Assembly (NCBI GenBank): GCA_041601615.1
Contig: JBFIHX010000008.1
Span: forward strand, 30,677 to 94,676
DNA length: 64,000 nucleotides
From: Thermoplasmatota archaeon
Lineage (GTDB): Archaea > Thermoplasmatota > E2 > JACPAO01 > JAHFTW01
Direction: 5' to 3'
Shown one piece after another: positions 46,174-55,440 of this stretch. A program made the position numbers and the translations under genes. The notes beneath the pieces are model-generated. The model was given only the letters and a program-made list of their open reading frames with translations, was not told the origin of the DNA and made no database searches. Numbering within the stretch: position 1 is the stretch's first letter; every line of letters starts with the position of its first letter.

Positions 46174-48672
46174 GTGGACGCGCCGGCTGGATTCCGCGCC
46201 ACCCTCTTCGTGGTGGTCCTTCTTGCGGCACTCGCCATCCCAAGCGAGGTCGTGGCACCTGCAAGCCCATTCACTGCCCAACTCGCCGCAACCTCCGCCG
46301 AAGGCTGGACCAACAGTGCCGAGGCACGCACATCCCCCGGCGCCGCAACTACATCCACCAGCGGCACCGTGCTCACCCTCACCGCCTTCGGCCCCGCCGC
46401 CAGCGGAAGTATCGAATCCATCCGGATCCGCGTGGACGCGAGCCAAGCCAACCACTACGACGACGAAATCACCGTTTCCATCACGGGCGGCTGCAACGAC
46501 GCGACAGTCAGCACCCCCAGCATTCAACCAACCACGAGCCGAGCCACCTACACACTCAACGCCCCATGCAGCGCGGGCTGGACCTGGCCCGGCGCCACTT
46601 CCTTGCAGGTGCGACTCGAATCCAAAGCCAACGGAGGCATCCTCGGCGTCGGCGCCACCGACGGCACCTGGAGCATCCATTTCGCTACCCTAGAAGTCAC
46701 CTACACCAACCAAGTCCCCAGCGCAAACGCGGGCGCCGATCGAACCGTCATGGAGGGCAGCACAGTCACCCTCCAAGCCAGCGGCAACGACCCCGAAGGC
46801 GGACCCCTGGCCTATTCCTGGAGCCAAACCAGCGGCCCCACCGTGACCCTCAGCACCGGCCCCGAGCCCACCTTCACAGCACCAACGCTCGCAACAAACA
46901 ACCCCACGAGCCTTACCTTCTCGCTACAAGCCCAAGACGACCACGGCCAACAAACCACCGACACCATCCAAATCACGGTCCAAAACCACAACCAACCCCC
47001 CGTAGCCCGCGCCGGCAGCGACCGGCCCGCCAAAACAAGCGAAATGGTGACCCTAGACGGCAGCACCTCCACGGACCCCGACGAAGACCCCTTGACCTAC
47101 TCCTGGAGTCAAACCGATGGCCCCGTCGTCCAGCTTCACGCCGCAAACACCGCAACACCCGGATTCACAGCAGCCACCAGCGGCATCCACACCTTCCAAC
47201 TCACCGTACTCGACGGCCACGACGGCAGCCACTCCGACTCCATCACCATCACCGTCAGCACAGCCACGACTCCGCCCGCGACCGAAAACAACATTCCCGC
47301 CCCCACCCCTGCACCCTCCTCTGCGCCCTCGCCTGCGCCCGCGCCCGCGCCCTCCTCCGCGCCGGCCTCCACTTCGGCACCTGCTGCCCCCAGCACCACG
47401 CCCGAATCCACAACCACCACAGCAACCAGCCCCACCGAACCCAACCCCCACCCAAGCAATGCAACAACCCTAGCGCCCCCGCCAGCCAACACCACAACCA
47501 GCCCCAGCAACCAAACCGACAACGGCAGCAACAGCGCCTCCGCCGCCAGCCGCACAACCCACCAAGCCAGCCAAACCCAATCCCAAAGCCAAACGCCCGC
47601 CCCCGAGCCATTCCAACGCATGGACGCCTGGATCTACTGGATCGGAGCCGCATTCCTCGCCAGTGTCACCACCACCGGCGCCGTCGTCCACCGACGAATA
47701 CGCCACCGCCCCCGCCTGCTACCCGCCGGCACCATCCCCAACCAAATCCCGCCCCGAGAACCCATCCTCACACAACCCGACCCCACCGCCACTGCACGGG
47801 AAGCCACAGCCGAACCCATCATCACGCCACCACCCACGCCAAGCCCCGAACCACCCACATCCCAACGACCCAACATCATCCTCGGTGACCTCGGACAAGA
47901 ACTACGCAACCAAGAACTCCTGCAATTTCTCAACAACGCCAGCCACGACCTCGCAAGCCCCCTCACCCCCATCCGACTCCAACTCTCCATGCTCCTGCAA
48001 TACCACGGCGACAACCTCGACGACAAACAACGCCGCGCCCTCGCCGTCGTCACCCGCAACGTCGACCAAATGGGCCTCCTCATCACCGACCTCAAAGACG
48101 CCGCCCGCCTCCAAGCCGGCCACATGGACCTCTACCCCGAACCCATGGACCTCACCGCACTCACCCGCGACGCCGCCGAAACCTTCGAAGCCCCATGCCG
48201 CGAGAAAGGCGTCCAGCTCCACTTCGACGCCCAACCCACAACCGCCTACATCCTCGGAGACGCCGGCCGCCTCAACCAAGTCCTCTACAACCTCATCAAC
48301 AACGCCCTCAAATTCACCGACCAAGGAGGCACCATCCACATCGCACTGCGCCAAAGCGACAACCACTACGTCGTCGCCATCCAAGACACCGGCATCGGCA
48401 TGACACCCGAAGACGCCGCCCGCCTCTTCCAACCCTTCAGCCAGGCCCACGGCGCCAACCAGAAGAAAAAAGGCAGCGGCCTCGGCCTCTACATCAGCAA
48501 AGGCATCATCGAAGGCCACAACGGAGAAATCTGGTGCCAAAGCGAAGGCAGAGGCCACGGCAGCGTATTCGCATTCATGATCCCCACGCACACAAAATCA
48601 AGCACGCAAGGCGAAAGGGAAGAACAGGAAGAAAACGCCGCAAGCGACGCAACAGAACAAACGACGGACTAA
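46174..48672 (+). CDS. sensor histidine kinase with extracellular PKD-like repeats, Pro/Thr/Ser-rich linker, one TM, HisKA and HATPase domains
   Basis: Signal peptide. Two SWSQT-type PKD repeats (PLAYSWSQTSGP, PLTYSWSQTDGP). TM MDAWIYWIGAAFLASV. H-box HDLASPLT. N/G1/G2 boxes (LINNALKFT, DTGIGM, GSGLGL). Confidence 0.8.
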   Translation: MDAPAGFRATLFVVVLLAALAIPSEVVAPASPFTAQLAATSAEGWTNSAEARTSPGAATTSTSGTVLTLTAFGPAASGSIESIRIRVDASQANHYDDEITVSITGGCNDATVSTPSIQPTTSRATYTLNAPCSAGWTWPGATSLQVRLESKANGGILGVGATDGTWSIHFATLEVTYTNQVPSANAGADRTVMEGSTVTLQASGNDPEGGPLAYSWSQTSGPTVTLSTGPEPTFTAPTLATNNPTSLTFSLQAQDDHGQQTTDTIQITVQNHNQPPVARAGSDRPAKTSEMVTLDGSTSTDPDEDPLTYSWSQTDGPVVQLHAANTATPGFTAATSGIHTFQLTVLDGHDGSHSDSITITVSTATTPPATENNIPAPTPAPSSAPSPAPAPAPSSAPASTSAPAAPSTTPESTTTTATSPTEPNPHPSNATTLAPPPANTTTSPSNQTDNGSNSASAASRTTHQASQTQSQSQTPAPEPFQRMDAWIYWIGAAFLASVTTTGAVVHRRIRHRPRLLPAGTIPNQIPPREPILTQPDPTATAREATAEPIITPPPTPSPEPPTSQRPNIILGDLGQELRNQELLQFLNNASHDLASPLTPIRLQLSMLLQYHGDNLDDKQRRALAVVTRNVDQMGLLITDLKDAARLQAGHMDLYPEPMDLTALTRDAAETFEAPCREKGVQLHFDAQPTTAYILGDAGRLNQVLYNLINNALKFTDQGGTIHIALRQSDNHYVVAIQDTGIGMTPEDAARLFQPFSQAHGANQKKKGSGLGLYISKGIIEGHNGEIWCQSEGRGHGSVFAFMIPTHTKSSTQGEREEQEENAASDATEQTTD

Positions 48673-48860
48673 GCGACGCGAACGTTGGCGGCGCGAGGAC
48701 CGCGCTCGGATTGCTCGGTGTCGAACTCGACAGTCATGCCCTCACGGGGCTCACCCTCGAACGCAGAGTGGTGGAAGAAAACCTCCTTCGTTCCACCCTC
48801 CGGCATGATGAAGCCGAAGCCCTTGTCGTCGATGAATTTTGTAATGGTTCCAGTGGCCAT
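48669..48860 (-). CDS. cold-shock domain protein (CspA family)
   Basis: MATGTITKFIDDKGFGFI matches the RNP-1 motif of CSDs. 63 aa. Confidence 0.85.
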   Translation of the reverse strand: MATGTITKFIDDKGFGFIMPEGGTKEVFFHHSAFEGEPREGMTVEFDTEQSERGPRAANVRVA

Positions 48861-49047
48861 ACACGGCGACCAAACCTAGAACCATAAAAGCGTGCAGGCT
48901 TGGGACGAGCGAGGAAAAAAGGCCCCAATCGCCGAAAAAACAGGCCGCGCCAGAGCAGAAAGCGAGGCGGCGAAAGTGCCCCCACCCCCGGCAATCTCCC
49001 AGGCCTTGCCACCCATGCATCAGCCAGCCCCAATCCTTCTTGGCGCC

Positions 49048-49413
49048 TCACACAGCACCGGGTTGCTGTGACAGTAGGTTGAGGGCACCGGCACATGTCC
49101 AGATTCCATACTCTTCCAGAGGCATGGATTCAATGAATCCGTAGGGGCCAAGGGGGCTGCCGTCATCGAATTGAATGACGCGCTTGGGGAAATTCACCAA
49201 CCTAAAGTTGGCATTCGTGACTTCCGCTTGAAACGACACATTGCCCCTCTCCAGCGTGCTGTGGTATACGATGCCGGGCGACTGTACCTGCAGGTCGTAT
49301 TCGCCGTGGTACACCATCCGGCCCCGGACCTCCAGGTCGGCAGCCACGAAGGAATCTGCCCCTGCCACTCCCGGTACGAGAAGCAACAGTAAGACGAGAT
49401 GCCACGAAGCCAT
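49048..49413 (-). CDS. secreted hypothetical protein (~120 aa)
   Basis: Start re-placed at MASWHLVLLLLLVPGVAGA signal peptide. Confidence 0.4.
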   Translation of the reverse strand: MASWHLVLLLLLVPGVAGADSFVAADLEVRGRMVYHGEYDLQVQSPGIVYHSTLERGNVSFQAEVTNANFRLVNFPKRVIQFDDGSPLGPYGFIESMPLEEYGIWTCAGALNLLSQQPGAV

Positions 49414-49475
49414 TACCTTAGCCCGACTACGGGCGCAAGCACTCGGTTCCATGCCTCCATGATTCAACGAAAAAC

Positions 49476-50456
49476 ATGGTTTATAATGATAGTCTTGATA
49501 GCTGGTTCCTCTTGAACAAAGGATTTGCCCTAAAAGCTTTGTATCCTGCTTTGTCTCGTTTCTTTGTGGTTTGGCAACAGGTGCGTGCATCCGTCCTGCT
49601 TGGCCTGCTGGCCCTGACCCTCCTCGCCGGATGCTTGAGTCAGGACGACAATTCTGACAAGCCTACGGGAATCTCCTCCACGGACCCACCGACCAGCAGC
49701 AAGAGGGGCGAGACACCCGAGGGAAACGGGAGCGCAGATCCGGCGACCTCACCGCCTGCATTCTTTGATCCGTTCAGGACTGTCATCGACCTTTCCCAAT
49801 GCCTGTTTATGCCTGTTTCATCCTTGATTCAAAGCGCGGACGCGCAGGCGGCACTGCCGAGTGGATATCGGCCCGCCCCCCTCGCCCCCGGCTTGGTCCC
49901 CGTCAACCTGAATCTGTATGATTGCTCAGCCGTCATCATCGACAATAGAACCGTCCTGCATGATGTCCGCTTCGGCTATGTCTCCATCGCTGCCTACGCA
50001 GATGATAAGAACGTCAGCGGAGTCGGCCGCTCCGAAGGATACATCGAGAGCTTCTTCTCCGATAACCCTGTTCTTCTTGGCCTGATTGCCGGCGTCGATA
50101 TCCCGACCCACGCAGCAATTTTTACGATAGAGCGTGGTTCCAACACCAGCGCTTGTACGGTGGAAATTGAAGGCGAGGCATGGTACTCGTTCCAAGGGGT
50201 CAAGAGCGATGACCTTCGAACAAATTCGATTGCGTACCGCGAGCACCGTCGGTCGGAGTCGGCGGCCGCTTGGGCCGACATCACGGTCACCTATGACTAC
50301 AACAACCTCGTCACCGAAGGAGTCCTCCATGCACAATCAGGAGTCCTTGCCACTGCATCCCCTGCGAATTCAGGATTGCACGCGGCCATCTCCAGCCAAG
50401 GAGAAATGACTGGAGAAATTCGGTTCGGTCGGCACCTCTTCCCAATGGAAACGTGA
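49476..50456 (+). CDS. lipoprotein, hypothetical
   Basis: Lipobox LLALTLLAGC. The start may be GTG ~49581 rather than 49476. Confidence 0.5.
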   Translation: MVYNDSLDSWFLLNKGFALKALYPALSRFFVVWQQVRASVLLGLLALTLLAGCLSQDDNSDKPTGISSTDPPTSSKRGETPEGNGSADPATSPPAFFDPFRTVIDLSQCLFMPVSSLIQSADAQAALPSGYRPAPLAPGLVPVNLNLYDCSAVIIDNRTVLHDVRFGYVSIAAYADDKNVSGVGRSEGYIESFFSDNPVLLGLIAGVDIPTHAAIFTIERGSNTSACTVEIEGEAWYSFQGVKSDDLRTNSIAYREHRRSESAAAWADITVTYDYNNLVTEGVLHAQSGVLATASPANSGLHAAISSQGEMTGEIRFGRHLFPMET

Positions 50457-50460
50457 TCAC

Positions 50461-51110
50461 ATGAAAAATCGTATTTTTGCCATCGCCTCCGCGCACACAA
50501 TCGCCCTCAGCATGGTTCTTGCAACCCTTATGGCCCCAGTGGGAATGGCCCAGACACCCCCGTCAAGATAGATGCGACCAACCCCACGAAACGTGGAAAT
50601 TCTCACCGAAGAGGACCACGAAGCAATGCTCGCCGCCATTTCCAAGGCAACATTCCGAAGCCCACACTACGCGGGGCACCTACGGGCCCACTTCATCTCT
50701 AGTTCGGAACCCGGCTTCGGAGCCCCCGAACCCCAATTCCCCTGGCCGGCAAGCAGAAGACCAGGCAGGTTTGTAGAGCGTATCTGTCTCACGGATTTCC
50801 GCCCACCGTTGACCATCCTAGGGCTGCACCCAGAGTACCGCAACGCCCGAACACGCTGCATGGCCTGTTCCAAGACGAAGGCGAGGCCATCCAGCATGCG
50901 GAGGAACTCGAACACGACGGCACTGACACCTACATCTTCGCCGACGAGGCCCCGTCCGGCGAGCGCGTGGAATCCCTGACCGCGTCGTGGATGACGCCGC
51001 AGAATTTCAGGGGTTTCATAGAGCAACTGGACGAGGGCAAAGCAGACCAGGATGTGAATGCGGCGTGGCCCGACGAGGAACATGGATCGTGGTACCGGTG
51101 GTGCGCGTGA
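50461..51110 (+). pseudogene. possible decayed or frameshifted gene(s)
   Basis: A 36-codon signal-peptide-only ORF lies at 50461-50571. A protein-like 83-codon acidic reading frame (HGLFQDEGEAIQHAEELEHDGTDTYIFADE...) ends at 51110 with no start codon. The stretch is otherwise gene-poor. Confidence 0.25.
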
Positions 51111-51955
51111 GCGTGCGGTCCATGTGCGGCCAGTGCGGCATGGGGTTGTCGATGGGCGTGGGCGAGGCAGTGACCTCGCACGACTGCTGGAGCGAATGCT
51201 CGACCGAGGAAACCATGTTGGCCTTCGACCCGGCGTGGCCGCCGTGCCCGTGCCCCCGGCTGGGTCGGCTGGTGCCGCCCCGGTGGCTTGACTGCGCTTC
51301 GAGCCAGAGGCCCTCGTGTCGAAGAAGACCGAGAGCCCTGCACACGTCGAATACTTCCACGGAAAAGGAGGCATGGGCAGCTGGGCGCTCCCGTTTTCGT
51401 GGAGCGGGGAGGCCGTGGCCCAAGCGCTGCGAAGCACCGCGCACACGTCGCCTTGGACAACGGCCGCGTGCCGCCGTCGTGGACACATCCCTGCACTACC
51501 GGCCCAGGGGACTCGTTGTCGGGAACCTGAAATTGTCTGGAGCGAGGCAGGGCACGGCTATTGCCCGCTGATGAAAATGCATTTGTTCTACGATCTGCTT
51601 CAGGAGTCGTGGGCTTTCCACGGTTGGATGATCCAGGGTCTTGGTTTGGCCTTTCATTCCTGGCATTGGTGGGAGCCTTTTTATTGGCTGGAGCACGCCG
51701 TCATGAAACCGAGGCGGCGCCTGCCCCGGCCGTATTCATTGCGGTCGCTCTGTTGCTGTGCGCGTCCTTCCTGCTCGTGGCGCTCATCGCGGTCGTCGTT
51801 CGCTGGCGTGCGAAGCGGAAGGCGGTGGCAGGAGAGCAGGAAGCATAGAGTCTACTGCCTCCGCTGCTCAAGCCGCACGTCGAGGCCCCAGAGACACAAC
51901 CCCCTGCCCCGCCGTAGCTATGCACCGTTGGTTAATTAGTTGAAGAAGAAGGTAA

Positions 51956-52600
51956 AGGGAGGAGACATTCGGATTCCCAGGCTACGAGGCGGTAGAGGAT
52001 ATCGCCTTCACCACCACGGTCGAGGGAATCCAATGGGGCAACTCCACGTTGATCCTGGGCCACATGAAAAACAGCGACGGCACCCACACCGTCGTGCTCA
52101 CGGATCGCGCCGTCCGCGCCCTGCGGGCCTGGGTACGCGGCCTCCATGCCTCCCCCACGTGGCGTGGACCCGCAACGCCCCTCTTCACGGGGCCCGACGG
52201 CCGCGTGGTCACGAACAAGTGGCTCAACGAGGTCATGAAGCGCGTCGCGGCAATTGCCGGCGTCCAAAAGCGAGTCACGAGTCATGTCTACCGGCACACG
52301 GCAGGAACCCTCATCGGCCGCGAGAACCCCAAACTCGCCGTGTAACAACTCGGCGTCACGGACAAGGTCTTCCAAGCCCACTACAACCGGCCCCGACTCG
52401 AAGACCGCCTCCACCGACGCGACCTCCTGCCAGGAAGCAACGGCTCGCGCAAAACCCCGATGGAACGCCTCGGCTCGGCGTATTGGAAGTTCGAGCACGG
52501 CCTCATCGACCGCCAAGAACTCGACCACGTCCGAGAACTCACCCGGCTTGAAGTGACCACCAAAAACCAATCGAAACACGAAGAATCCGCATATGCATGA
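51956..52600 (+). pseudogene. tyrosine recombinase (integrase) C-terminal catalytic fragment, copy 1; 5'-truncated and carrying an in-frame TAA at 52343-52345
   Basis: Beta-hairpin segment after box I (ILGHMKNSDGTHTVVLTD), box II HVYRHTAGT, and catalytic Tyr region (AHYNRPRLEDRLHRRD) after the stop. ~60-70% identical to copy 2 at 60427..60993. Confidence 0.6.
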
Positions 52601-52612
52601 AACAAATCGTGT

Positions 52613-52692
52613 GGGGCCCAATTGGGCCCCGACACGGTTCGTATACGCGCTACGGTTCGTATACGCGCACTGCGGTTGATAGTCCCACCCGG
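52613..52692 (+). repeat. att-proximal repeat cluster: 18-bp perfect palindrome GGGGCCCAATTGGGCCCC, 2 x 17-bp tandem ACGGTTCGTATACGCGC, then 13-bp att core TAGTCCCACCCGG
   Basis: The att core is identical to 61051..61063 (the 3' end of tRNA-Gln). A GGTTCGTAT segment also follows integrase copy 2. Confidence 0.55.
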
Positions 52693-53063
52693 TTTCTTCA
52701 GAGGTTGGTGCCCAATTGGGCGCTTTTCCATCTTTTCCCTTCCCACATTTGTTCGCCCGAACAGCCGGCCTTGCTTGCACCCTTCGGTGCTCTGATTGCA
52801 TCCAGGCACTCCTGGTTCTGCCCTTCCTAGGGCCGACCCGAATCGGGACCCAATTCTGAACGGGGGCAGGAAGGCAGACTCATTACAAAATCAGAGGATT
52901 GCGTGCCGCAATCACTCAAAAACCCGCCCGCCTCGGCGTCTGCGTCCAAGCGGTTTCAGTTCACCTTCGGGCCAACAGTCGAACCGCCCTACAGAACGGT
53001 TCGTTCGTCCAGCCTGGGAAAGTGAATGACGAAGACCTGCTTCCCTACCCAGACCCAACAGGA

Positions 53064-53372
53064 ATGGTCGAGGTCATCGTCCTGCTCGCAGCCATATCCG
53101 TAGGGGTCACCGGATATTTCACCAGAAATGGCGACGTAGAAGCCGGGTGTGGCTGCGCTTCGGCTGGCTTGCTGTTGGCCTTCTACGCCACTGTGGCGCT
53201 TGCCTGTCTGAATGACGAACATCTGTCCTCCGATGATGACGTAGCAGTAGCTGTCGTGCTGTTGTTCAGCGTCGGGGCTGTCGTGATCGCAGTGCCACTT
53301 CACTTCGTCGCCAAGCTCGCCGATTCTGAGCGCGGTTGCAACGAGGGGGGTCTCGGAGGATGCGCCTGCTGA
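53064..53372 (+). CDS. small membrane protein (hypothetical)
   Basis: Start re-placed at MVEVIVLLAAISVG. Three hydrophobic helices. Confidence 0.35.
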   Translation: MVEVIVLLAAISVGVTGYFTRNGDVEAGCGCASAGLLLAFYATVALACLNDEHLSSDDDVAVAVVLLFSVGAVVIAVPLHFVAKLADSERGCNEGGLGGCAC

Positions 53373-53949
53373 ATCCCAGATGGGGATGCCCAGAATTTCG
53401 GGGCCGGTTTGCGTCTCGAAGGCATGACCAAGGACCCAGATAAGGCCAGTCTCGTAGCGTCCAAGTACCGCGTTCCGGGATGCTACGGCCCTTCAGAGCC
53501 GGGTCCGGTTGGCGGTGGTATGACAGGTGCGCCACTGGGGCTTGCATGAATGAAAAGGTCAGGACTGCTTCGCTTCCCGTCCTTTCCTGAAGGATCTTTG
53601 TCCTAGAGAAGAAGTCGTGCCGGAGTCTGATTCTTAAGGGTGGTCGTCGTCCAGGCGCTTTGCCGCATCGGCGTGAACGTCGCCTTGGACACCGACCGCA
53701 TACCACCATAATGGCTCCCCTGCCACCCTCGGCGTTGAGACCTACGCAGTGCCGACCCCACCCCCCACTTCAGGGCAGAGCTACGACGTGCTGGCGTGGT
53801 CCACATCGGGACATGAGCCTCGGGGTGTGGGCATGAGCGAAGTGAATCCAATGTGTGGGAGTGCATGTCCTCGTAGTGTACCGCGAGGGAGGCCTCAAGA
53901 GCCTTCACGCCTTCGTATTGAGGAGGTTAGTGTTGCCTCGCACTCGAAC

Positions 53950-54825
53950 TCAGGCCATGGTGGGCGTGGGCCCAGGGTTGAGGCGCGAAGGCAGCAAGGG
54001 AGTGAGTGCGAGCCAGGGCCAGATCAGGATCATTGAGTCCAATTGGAGCCATGCACGGGACATTCCCCAGTACGCCAGGAACAGCAACGCAAGCGTTACG
54101 GCGTGGGTGGGTGTGAGGTGTTTGTCCTGGTAGCGGCTAGCCAGGAGGTCGAGGTGTTGCTGTCTTGCTTCGGGAGTGTCGCGTTCGGCGGTCTCGGTGG
54201 CAGGGGGCCGAACGATGGCGTACAGGGGGGACGCGTATGCAACTACCAGCGCGAAAAGAAGGCCCGAGGCCAGTGCCTCCAGTGTGGGCGGAGGGGCACC
54301 GTCGAAGAAGAAGGATAGGGCGCCCCAATTGAATTGCCATCCGAAGAGGAACACAAGTTGAAGGGCACCGTAGGCGGATGCGACGATGCGCAGACCGCGC
54401 GGTGGGTTCCAGGTGGTAGCTACCAGGATGAGGGTGGCAATAGTCGCGGCGGCGTGGATGGTAGCAAGAAAGCGGACGCCCGCGTTGCTCCAGTCGGCCT
54501 CGGCAAGCAGCGCCCACATCGGTAGCGCCGAGAGAAAGAGCGTGTGTTCTCCCGCCTTGGGTGTGATGGTGGCGCGGAAAAAGAGCGCGAACGCCATGAC
54601 CGCGCCCATCGCGACGGAAAACGCCGCCGTCACGGGGTCCTCCAACTGTGCAGTGGCGAAGGCCCAGCCGAGGGGCGCGACGACGAGCACAATCAGGACA
54701 TGCTTTTTGGTCCAGTGCCGCCACGTCAGGTACAGGAGTTGCAGGAGACACCCCGCAGCAAAGGCGGCTGCCGCTACACCAGATCCAGGCATGGTCATTC
54801 CGACTCGGGCGGCTTGACGCCCCAA
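53950..54825 (-). CDS. polytopic membrane protein (hypothetical)
   Basis: Seven to eight hydrophobic helices. No recognised motif. Confidence 0.45.
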   Translation of the reverse strand: MGRQAARVGMTMPGSGVAAAAFAAGCLLQLLYLTWRHWTKKHVLIVLVVAPLGWAFATAQLEDPVTAAFSVAMGAVMAFALFFRATITPKAGEHTLFLSALPMWALLAEADWSNAGVRFLATIHAAATIATLILVATTWNPPRGLRIVASAYGALQLVFLFGWQFNWGALSFFFDGAPPPTLEALASGLLFALVVAYASPLYAIVRPPATETAERDTPEARQQHLDLLASRYQDKHLTPTHAVTLALLFLAYWGMSRAWLQLDSMILIWPWLALTPLLPSRLNPGPTPTMA

Positions 54826-55427
54826 TCCTGAAGGGTGAGCAACTTCCCACTTGTACCTGTGAATTTTATGAAATTCTCTACATCTGGGCTATACCATGCG
54901 TGCCAGATTTCACCACTTTGGAATGTACTAATTGTGTGGATTGTTTTCATTTTACCCCATGTGGTGTCTACGGTGTCCCACCCTTCGACAGCCACGTCAT
55001 AATGGTAATTTTCCTCGTATCCGTCTTGGTAGGTGGTGCAGTTATGGGTGTAGTTTGCCATCGGGAAAATTGGTCGTTGAGGGCAGTCATTCCAGAAGTA
55101 AAGCTTCGTCTGAAATGCCACCCACCCTAACGACTCTGTATCTACCCACTGGGTTCCCGCGCCTGTTGGGTGGATGTAGGGATCGGGCGGAGTCTCTACA
55201 AGAAGTCGGTATGTAGAATACCCTTGGTGTTCTTCAATACCCTCAACTTTGTAATGAAGCCACTCACCATCCGTGGTGTTGTATTTCCACCACTGTCCTA
55301 CCCCCCATGTGGGTACTGGCACATCCGACGGATCTGGCAAGGAGGCGTCCGCCTCGGAGGCCATACAGCCCGACAGGACGATGGCAACGAGCAGCAGGGA
55401 AGGAACGATAAGGATACGCATATTCAT
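54795..55427 (-). CDS. lipoprotein, Trp/Tyr-rich (hypothetical)
   Basis: Start re-placed at MRILIVPSLLLVAIVLSGC lipobox. AT-richer codon use. Confidence 0.45.
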   Translation of the reverse strand: MNMRILIVPSLLLVAIVLSGCMASEADASLPDPSDVPVPTWGVGQWWKYNTTDGEWLHYKVEGIEEHQGYSTYRLLVETPPDPYIHPTGAGTQWVDTESLGWVAFQTKLYFWNDCPQRPIFPMANYTHNCTTYQDGYEENYHYDVAVEGWDTVDTTWGKMKTIHTISTFQSGEIWHAWYSPDVENFIKFTGTSGKLLTLQDWGVKPPESE

Positions 55428-55440
55428 CTCCGAGATGATT

